Below are positions 33,942 to 39,992 of a stretch of 39,992 nt of DNA, piece after piece (within the stretch, counting starts at the first letter, position 1; every line of letters starts with the position of its first letter). Made by a program: the position numbers and the translations under genes. Below the pieces are notes generated by a model. That model ran no database searches, had not been told where the DNA came from, and saw only the letters and a list, made by a program, of their open reading frames with translations. The DNA is from Chthoniobacterales bacterium (GTDB lineage Bacteria; Verrucomicrobiota; Verrucomicrobiia; Chthoniobacterales; JACTMZ01). The DNA lies in contig JBIKXZ010000001.1 of NCBI GenBank assembly GCA_044355525.1, positions 1 to 39,992 of the forward strand. The letters are read 5' to 3'.

Positions 33942-34963
33942 AAACGCTCGTCTGGACCGCGCCGCGGGTCATGGCTCTGGACGAACGTCCGGTGCCGGAC
34001 CCGGGTCCGGACGAAGTCCTCATCCGTGTGACCTACGCAGGCATCTGCGGTTCGGAACTCAACGGCTACCTCGGACACAACTCGCTGCTCGTCCCCCCGC
34101 TCGTCTTCGGCCACGAATTCTCCGGGGTGATCACGGCCCTCGGTTCCCGCGTCGGCGCGGACTTTCCGCATCTCCTCGAGGGGAGGCCGGTGACCGTCAA
34201 TCCGCTGGCCGGTTGCGGACATTGCCCGCACTGCGCCGAGCGCCAACGCAACCGCTGCGCCGCGCGCAAATTGATCGGCGCCCACTTTCCCGGCGGCTAT
34301 GCCGAATACGCCGTGGTGCCCGCAGCCAATGCCGTTCCCCTGCCACTGCGCATGACCGCCCGCACCGGCGCCCTGACCGAACCCGCGTCCGTCGGCTTCC
34401 GCATCGGCGAACTTTGCGGTGACGTGATGAATGAAGATGTCTTCGTCGCCGGGGCGGGACCGATCGGTCTGTTCGCCATGCAGGCATTGCGGCTGCGCGG
34501 CGCCGCGCGTCTTTTCATTTCCGACACGCATCCGGCACGGCTGGCCATGGGCGAAGCCCTCGGCGGTATCCCCGTCGATCCGCGGTGCACCGACATCATC
34601 GCGCTGATCCGCGAAGCCACCGGAGGTCGCGGCGTGGCCGCGGCCATCGATGCGGTCGGCATCGAAGCCACCCGCGAGCAATGTGTCAAAGCCACGCGCA
34701 CCGGCGGCACGGTTGTGCTTTCCGGCTTGCACGACGAAACCGGACCCTTCCCCGCCGCGGACATTATCCGCCGCGAAATCGTCGTGCGCGGTTCCTACTG
34801 CTACTCCGACGAGGATTTCCAAAGCGCCCTTGGTCATCTCGACACCGGGGAGATGCGCCTCGACCCTTGGATCGAGGAAGCGCCGCTCGAGGAGGGCGGC
34901 ACATGGTTCGAACGCCTGCTCTCCGAGCCGGGCAATGTCTCGAAAGTGCTGTTGCGGCCTTAG
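33938..34963 (+). CDS. Zn-dependent medium-chain alcohol/polyol dehydrogenase
   Basis: GICGSELNGY, FGHEFSGV, CGHCPHCAERQRNRC (structural Zn site) and VAGAGPIGL (NAD-binding). The GTG start has a GTGA overlap with the FAH gene stop. Confidence 0.85.
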   Translation: MKTLVWTAPRVMALDERPVPDPGPDEVLIRVTYAGICGSELNGYLGHNSLLVPPLVFGHEFSGVITALGSRVGADFPHLLEGRPVTVNPLAGCGHCPHCAERQRNRCAARKLIGAHFPGGYAEYAVVPAANAVPLPLRMTARTGALTEPASVGFRIGELCGDVMNEDVFVAGAGPIGLFAMQALRLRGAARLFISDTHPARLAMGEALGGIPVDPRCTDIIALIREATGGRGVAAAIDAVGIEATREQCVKATRTGGTVVLSGLHDETGPFPAADIIRREIVVRGSYCYSDEDFQSALGHLDTGEMRLDPWIEEAPLEEGGTWFERLLSEPGNVSKVLLRP

Positions 34964-34967
34964 AACG

Positions 34968-35834
34968 ATGTCCATGGACCATCCGGAAATCCTCCTCAAG
35001 CTGTCCTGCCCCGACCGCGTCGGGTTGCTGGCCGAGGTGACGGGATTCTGCGCCGCACGATCGCTCAACCTTCTCGAGGCCCACCAATTCACCGACGACG
35101 AAGCCGGCTGGTTCTTCACCCGCTTGCGCCTCGAACCGGTCGGCGACTTTCCCGGGATGGAGACTTTGCGTGATGATCTCGCATCCTTTGCCTCCAAGCT
35201 CAAAGCAGAATGGACCCTGCGCGGCCGGACCACGCGTCCGCGCACCGCGATTCTGGTCAGCCGCGAAGGCCACTGTCTGGCCGATTTGCTCTGGCGTTGG
35301 CGTTCGGGCGATCTCGACATGGACCTCGTCGGGGTCATCGGCAACCACCGCGATCTCGAACCGGTGGCCCGGCGAGAAGGCGTGCCCTTCGTCCACCTTC
35401 CGATGGAACCGGGCGACCGCGCCACCGCTTTCGCCGCCATCGAACGCCAACTTGAAGAGTGGCGCACCGAAGTGGCCGTGCTCGCCCGCTTCATGCAAAT
35501 CGTCCCGCCCGACCTTTGTGCCCGGTGGGCCGGACGTATGATCAACATCCACCACTCGTTCCTGCCCGCCTTCGCCGGCGCGCAGCCCTACCGCCAAGCG
35601 CACCAACGCGGGGTCAAATTGATCGGCGCAACCTGTCACTACGTCACAGCGGAACTCGATGCCGGTCCGATCATCGACCAGGAGGTCACGCGCGTGGAGC
35701 ACTTCCATTCAATGCCTGATCTCGTCCGCCTCGGACAAGACTGCGAACGCCTGGCCCTCTTCCGCGGCCTGCGTTACCATCTCGAAGAGCGTGTCTTCGT
35801 CCACGGCGGGCGCACCGTGGTTTTCCGCGACTGA
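34968..35834 (+). CDS. purU: Formyltetrahydrofolate deformylase
   Basis: The N-terminal ACT-like domain is ILLKLSCPDRVGLLAEVTGF. The formyltransferase core reads AILVSREGHCLADLLWRW, INIHHSFLPAFAGAQPY and GATCHYVTAELDAGPII. Confidence 0.9.
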   Translation: MSMDHPEILLKLSCPDRVGLLAEVTGFCAARSLNLLEAHQFTDDEAGWFFTRLRLEPVGDFPGMETLRDDLASFASKLKAEWTLRGRTTRPRTAILVSREGHCLADLLWRWRSGDLDMDLVGVIGNHRDLEPVARREGVPFVHLPMEPGDRATAFAAIERQLEEWRTEVAVLARFMQIVPPDLCARWAGRMINIHHSFLPAFAGAQPYRQAHQRGVKLIGATCHYVTAELDAGPIIDQEVTRVEHFHSMPDLVRLGQDCERLALFRGLRYHLEERVFVHGGRTVVFRD

Positions 35835-35873
35835 TTTTCCATCCCCCAAACCCCAACAGCCACCAACACATCC

Positions 35874-36914
35874 ATGAAAACCCCATTCCGCAACACCGTG
35901 GTCGGGAGCTATCCCCGGCCGGAATCCGTCGCAGACACCATGAAACGTCCCACCTGGGGCGAGAAGGAAGTCGACGACTACATCCGCTGGGCGGCCAAAG
36001 ACCAAGCCGACCTCGGACTCGACATGATCACCGACGGCGAGGGCTACCGCGAGAACATGTATTACTTCTACCAGAAGCGCGTTGACGGCGTGACCTTCGA
36101 CAACATGGTGCCACAAACCTTCGGCGACGCAGGCTTCGCCATCGAGTGTCCGCGCCTCGTCGGTGAAATCACCAATCCGCGTTTCAACCTCGCGCACAAT
36201 TGGAAACTGGCCCGCGACACCGCGCCGGACGGCGTGGAGGTCAAACAGACGGTCACCGGACCGCACGTTATCACGCGCTTCACGGTCAACGAACGTCCCG
36301 ACCTCTATCCCGACGCGCAAGCCGTCTGCCGCGCGTGGGCCAAGGTGCTCATCGAGGAATTGAAAGAGGTGGTCGCGGCCGGCTGCCGCTTCATCCAATT
36401 CGACGAGCCGATGTGGACCGAATCGCCGCAGGACAGCGTGTGGTCGGCCGAAATCCTCAACGAAATGATGGACGAACTCGGCCACCACGTGCGCTACGGT
36501 CTCCACGTTTGCGGCGGCAACCCGCGCCGCAAGCGCGTCTACTTCACCAAATACACGGATCTCGTGCCGGCTTTCTCCACCGTAAAAATCGACGAGGTCT
36601 CCTTGGAGCACTGCACGCTCTCCTACGACCTCATGGATTTATGGAAGGACTGGAAATTCCAGGGCGATTTGGCGCTCGGCGTCATCGACCAGCGCAGCGA
36701 CGAATTGGAATCGGTCGATGAAGTCTGGCGCCGGGTCCAGCCCGCCCTGAAACACTTCCCGCCCGAACGCCTTGTGCTGACCAGCGAGTGCGGCTTCGGC
36801 CACGTTCCGCTCGACATCACCCACGCCAAACTCGGCCGCCTCGTCGAAGCCTCCCACCACTTCCGCAAAAAGCACGACGGCTTGACACCGAAACACCACG
36901 GGGCGGCGCGGTGA
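35874..36914 (+). CDS. Stand-alone MetE C-terminal-domain-like (cobalamin-independent methionine synthase family) Zn methyltransferase
   Basis: VVGSYPRP, ITDGE, IQFDEP, GLHVCGGN (His-x-Cys), SLEH and TSECGFG (Cys). The MetE-type zinc ligand pattern appears to be present. Confidence 0.7.
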   Translation: MKTPFRNTVVGSYPRPESVADTMKRPTWGEKEVDDYIRWAAKDQADLGLDMITDGEGYRENMYYFYQKRVDGVTFDNMVPQTFGDAGFAIECPRLVGEITNPRFNLAHNWKLARDTAPDGVEVKQTVTGPHVITRFTVNERPDLYPDAQAVCRAWAKVLIEELKEVVAAGCRFIQFDEPMWTESPQDSVWSAEILNEMMDELGHHVRYGLHVCGGNPRRKRVYFTKYTDLVPAFSTVKIDEVSLEHCTLSYDLMDLWKDWKFQGDLALGVIDQRSDELESVDEVWRRVQPALKHFPPERLVLTSECGFGHVPLDITHAKLGRLVEASHHFRKKHDGLTPKHHGAAR

Positions 36915-36917
36915 CAG

Positions 36918-37235
36918 TCAGTCCAAATGGAAAATCTCGCGCAGCGGGGCACTGACCGGGCTGTGGTCGGGATTCGTCGGCATGATTTCAACGTTCTGCT
37001 TCCACCACTTTTGGCAGACCTCGGTCGAGGCGATGGACGCCCATTGCTCTTCGCTTTCGATTTCGGCGTAGCCGAAGAGTTGTCGCGTTTCGGGATGCAG
37101 GAAGATCGAATAGTTCGAAACGCCGTGGTCTTTGAGCACTTTCTCCAATTCCGGCCAGATCGGATTGTGGCGGTTTTCGTATTCCTCCTCGGAACCGGCG
37201 TTGACTGACATGACGAAGGCTTTGCGGATTTTCAT
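36918..37235 (-). CDS. rhaM: L-rhamnose mutarotase
   Basis: [46 protein letters not shown]...WW matches E. coli YiiL/RhaM ([30 protein letters not shown]) from memory. The ATG at 37235 is preferred; the track start at 37250 is a TTG. Confidence 0.85.
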   Translation of the reverse strand: MKIRKAFVMSVNAGSEEEYENRHNPIWPELEKVLKDHGVSNYSIFLHPETRQLFGYAEIESEEQWASIASTEVCQKWWKQNVEIMPTNPDHSPVSAPLREIFHLD

Positions 37236-37246
37236 AAAAGGCGGAT

Positions 37247-38671
37247 TCAATCACCCGATTTTTCGGAATAAAGCGTAACCCACTTGGGATCGGCGAGCGT
37301 CTTGTTCCAGTCGGTGAAATCTTTTTCGAGCGAGGTGGCGATGGCGGGATGCTCGGCGAGGAGGTTATTCTTTTCGGAGGGATCCTCCACGATGTTGAAC
37401 AGGGCAACCCCGCCTTTCCGGTGGGGGGCGGAAATCCACTTCCATGGTCCGCGGCGCACGGCCTTCTCCCGGCACCAATGCGTGTAGAATCTCCAGAAAA
37501 GCGCACGGTCGGGGCCTGTCTTTGCGGCGACCGGCTCGAGGTAGGGCAACAAATCCACACCATCCGCCCCCTTCATCGGTGGCGCCCCGGCCGCGGCGAG
37601 GAAGGTGGGCGTGAGATCGAGGGTGGACACGGGCCACGTCACCACCGTGTCAGCCGGCAGTCGGCCCGGCCAGCTCATGAGAAAAGGAACGCGGATGCCG
37701 CCTTCGAGGAGCGTGCCCTTGCAGCCGTTGAGAGGGCCATTGCTCGACGCGTTCTGTCCGACTTTGATCGGGGTCACGTTCCGCGAGTCGTATTCCGGTG
37801 CCCCGTTGTCGCTGAGGAAAACCACGATGGTGTTCTCCGCCAAGCCGGACTCCGCAAGCCGGGCCACGACTTGACCGACCGCGTCATCGACGCTCGCGAT
37901 CATGGCGCAAGCGGTGCGGCGGTGGACATCTTCGATGTCTTGGTATGGTTCAAGATAGCGCTCCGGCACTTCGAGCGGCCAATGCGGCGGATAGTACGAA
38001 AGATAAAGGAAGAAAGGGCGCTCGTCCTTTCCATCCAGAAACTCGAAGGCCTTCCGGGTGAAGACGTCCACGAGATAATCATCCGGATCGACCGGGATGA
38101 TTTCATCGCGCTCGTTGCGGAACATATTTGCCTGTCCGCCCCTCACATATTGGAAGCCCATGCCCTCCCGGAAGTAGGCGCACCACTCGAAGCCCTTGTT
38201 GAAAGGCTGGCTCTCGCGCGGCTCGCCGAGATGCCATTTGCCCACGATTCCAGTGCGGTAGCCGGCCCGGCGCAATTCACCGGGCAGGGTGGAAACACCG
38301 TCCGGCAGGTGATAGGTCTGGTAGTATTTCTCGTCGACCTGGCACTCGAGCCCGTATCGCTGCTGGTGCCGCCCGAGGATGATTCCCGCCCGCGAGGGAA
38401 CGCATTGCGGCGCGGTGACATAACCGTTGTCGAAGCGGATTCCCGACGCCGCCAATCGGTCGATGTTGGGCGTTTTGACTTCGGGGTTCCCGTTGTAGCC
38501 CGTGTCCCCCCACCCCTGATCGTCGGTCATGATGACGATGATGTTCGGCCGGGCGGAAGACGCTTCGTCAGTGCAGAGACCGGTCACAGGGAGCAGGAGT
38601 ATCGCCACCGTCCAAGCGACGGAGACAAAACCGGCCGCAAACGCGCTGCTGATCAGTGGAGAGGAACGCAT
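37247..38671 (-). CDS. Formylglycine-dependent sulfatase (arylsulfatase A family), secreted
   Basis: [15 protein letters not shown] and the [12 protein letters not shown] (C-x-P-x-R formylglycine) motif. The signal peptide is [28 protein letters not shown]. The ATG at 38671 is preferred. Confidence 0.9.
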   Translation of the reverse strand: MRSSPLISSAFAAGFVSVAWTVAILLLPVTGLCTDEASSARPNIIVIMTDDQGWGDTGYNGNPEVKTPNIDRLAASGIRFDNGYVTAPQCVPSRAGIILGRHQQRYGLECQVDEKYYQTYHLPDGVSTLPGELRRAGYRTGIVGKWHLGEPRESQPFNKGFEWCAYFREGMGFQYVRGGQANMFRNERDEIIPVDPDDYLVDVFTRKAFEFLDGKDERPFFLYLSYYPPHWPLEVPERYLEPYQDIEDVHRRTACAMIASVDDAVGQVVARLAESGLAENTIVVFLSDNGAPEYDSRNVTPIKVGQNASSNGPLNGCKGTLLEGGIRVPFLMSWPGRLPADTVVTWPVSTLDLTPTFLAAAGAPPMKGADGVDLLPYLEPVAAKTGPDRALFWRFYTHWCREKAVRRGPWKWISAPHRKGGVALFNIVEDPSEKNNLLAEHPAIATSLEKDFTDWNKTLADPKWVTLYSEKSGD

Positions 38672-38756
38672 GAGCCAAATTATGCAGCCCCAGCGCCCTG
38701 ACGCGGCAACAATCCTGCCAAACGCATGGATAATCGTGCCACCGCGAGCTCGGTGT

Positions 38757-39992
38757 TCAATGCACCGCCTCGCGCAACCGGCGTTGCGTCTCCTCGGCAC
38801 GTTGGCGGGTGATGGGATAGAGCCACATGATGGCGATGGCGAGCAGGAGGCCGGCGCATTGGAAACCAACCAGCGCGACTTTCATTTTCCAGGCCGTTGT
38901 TTCGTCGAGACCGGTGCGGTCGACGATTTGCGGATCGTAGCCCGCCGCGGTGGCCATGTAGCCACCCACCCCGAAGGTGAGTCCCTGCGCGGCCTTCAGC
39001 GCAAACCCTTTCACTGCGCTGAACATCCCTTCGCGGCGGCGACCGCTGCGCAGTTCGTCGTCGTCGCAGACGTCGGCCGTCATCGAATCGACCATCAGCC
39101 AGCAGCCCTGCAGTCCGAGGAAGGAAATGAACGCCGTGACGAAAAGCAGCCACGGCCAGCGCGGGTCCAAAGCGAAAAAGCCCAGCCCGGCGCCGACGAA
39201 GGCCAAGGCCAAGCCCGCTACCATGGCGGTGCGCTTGCTCGTGCGCATGGAAATCCAGCCGATGAGCAGGATGCTGACGTAGGACAGCACCATGCCCATG
39301 GTCATGAGCGCACCTTGAAAGTTCCCCAGCCCGATGGCGTCGCCGCCGAACACATAGTGCTGCATGAGCAAGGGGGCGATACTCTGTGCGGAAAACAGGG
39401 CGACGATGATCGTCACGTAGGCAATGAAAAGAATGACAAACGGGCGGTTGGTCAGCGTGTAGCGCACCGCCTCGAGAAACTTGATCGGCTCCTGTTCCTC
39501 GATGACCAGTTCTTCCTTGCACCCGAAAACCGGGATCATTCCCGACACCAGCACGATGGCCGCCACCCCTACCGTGACCCAGAATGCCCCGACCCCGAGG
39601 CTGGGCCAGTATTCGTCGGCCGCGAGACGGAAGAGCCACCCAGCCGCCAGCGAACCGAACAGACCAATATACATGCGCCAGCGCACAACCCGCGTGCGTT
39701 CGTCATAGTCGGGCGTCAATTCGAAACCCAGCGCGGTGTAAGGCACGACGAAGAACGTGTAGGCCAGCGCGAGCAGGCTGCCCATCATGACGATGTAGAG
39801 GAACGGGACGTTGCTATACCACGGGTTCGAAGCTGTTTCCGTCATGGGTAGCGTCCAAAGCAGTGGCAGGAGCACCACGCAGCCGAGCACACCGAAGAAC
39901 ATGAACGGACGCCGGCGGCCGAAGCGGGATTTGGAGTTGTCCGACATGTTTCCAATGATCGGATCGGTGATCGCGTCGAAAATGCGCGGCAG
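38757..39992 (-). CDS. GPH-family (glycoside-pentoside-hexuronide:cation symporter, MelB-like) MFS transporter; the N-terminus runs off the window
   Basis: Reverse translation of the window end gives LPRIFDAITDPIIGNMSDNSKSRFGRRRPF, the GPH signature loop located upstream of the track's Met at 39947. The rest consists of multiple hydrophobic helices. Confidence 0.85.
   Translation of the reverse strand: MPRIFDAITDPIIGNMSDNSKSRFGRRRPFMFFGVLGCVVLLPLLWTLPMTETASNPWYSNVPFLYIVMMGSLLALAYTFFVVPYTALGFELTPDYDERTRVVRWRMYIGLFGSLAAGWLFRLAADEYWPSLGVGAFWVTVGVAAIVLVSGMIPVFGCKEELVIEEQEPIKFLEAVRYTLTNRPFVILFIAYVTIIVALFSAQSIAPLLMQHYVFGGDAIGLGNFQGALMTMGMVLSYVSILLIGWISMRTSKRTAMVAGLALAFVGAGLGFFALDPRWPWLLFVTAFISFLGLQGCWLMVDSMTADVCDDDELRSGRRREGMFSAVKGFALKAAQGLTFGVGGYMATAAGYDPQIVDRTGLDETTAWKMKVALVGFQCAGLLLAIAIMWLYPITRQRAEETQRRLREAVH

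Noticed and set aside
33530-36611. 672-aa (33530..35548), 314-aa and 300-aa - strand ORFs across the FAH/ADH/purU/MetE-like genes
   Set aside because: The + strand genes have strong family motifs and tight start/stop coupling. The - strand translations are low-complexity, so they are shadow ORFs.
38529-39851. 440-aa + strand ORF and 319-aa - strand alternative frame over the GPH transporter
   Set aside because: The - strand frame 38757..39992 carries the GPH signature loop and hydrophobic helices. The other frames are shadows.
1-39992. Looked for CRISPR arrays, rRNA/tRNA genes, transposases, integrases and prophage genes
   Set aside because: None was recognised by eye. The only repeats found are the short elements and the protease paralog tract reported above. 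A tRNA or small RNA could still be missed without a covariance-model scan.

Overview
High-GC bacterial chromosome segment. Its style (prepilin-type proteins, giant secreted multidomain proteases, a sulfatase, short 9-mer hairpin repeats) suggests a PVC-group or Verrucomicrobia-like organism, but that is inference only. All calls come from reading the supplied translations and my own hand translation; no searches were run. About 30 genes are supportable, and most + strand ORFs in the track that overlap - strand genes are antisense shadows typical of high GC. Layout: (1) 1-5972, a - strand operon of secretin, an 819-aa 'giant pilin' and a PilT ATPase; pilT is absent from the ORF track because it runs off the window. 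(2) 6126-11279, a zinc-ribbon-less Sir2 deacylase, an LssY-like protein, a membrane-anchored EEP nuclease/phosphatase and a divergent 783-aa HerA/FtsK-like ATPase. (3) 11329-21678, two tandem giant S8 proteases (1767 and 1613 aa), each with a proprotein-convertase P-domain. They share a C-terminal module containing a near-identical 163-nt tract, and they share an upstream motif/promoter layout. (4) 21796-25446, a ureide-to-malate unit (allE-like, allC-like, aceB). (5) 25506-26822, a vapBC-type toxin-antitoxin pair coupled to a lone rmlC, next to a 38-nt relic of an rhaM paralog. (6) 27044-39992, a deoxy-sugar locus resembling non-phosphorylative L-rhamnose catabolism (L-rhamnonate dehydratase, SDR and FAH hydrolase, plus dehydrogenases, an AraC regulator, rhaM, a sulfatase and a GPH symporter), with purU and a MetE-like Zn methyltransferase embedded. 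No rRNA, tRNA, CRISPR array or transposase was recognised. The best candidates for something undescribed are the secretin/giant-pilin/PilT module and the co-regulated paired proteases, which may be linked as machine and cargo. Smaller points are the toxin-antitoxin-coupled rmlC with the rhaM relic, and the purU/MetE-like pair inside a sugar locus.
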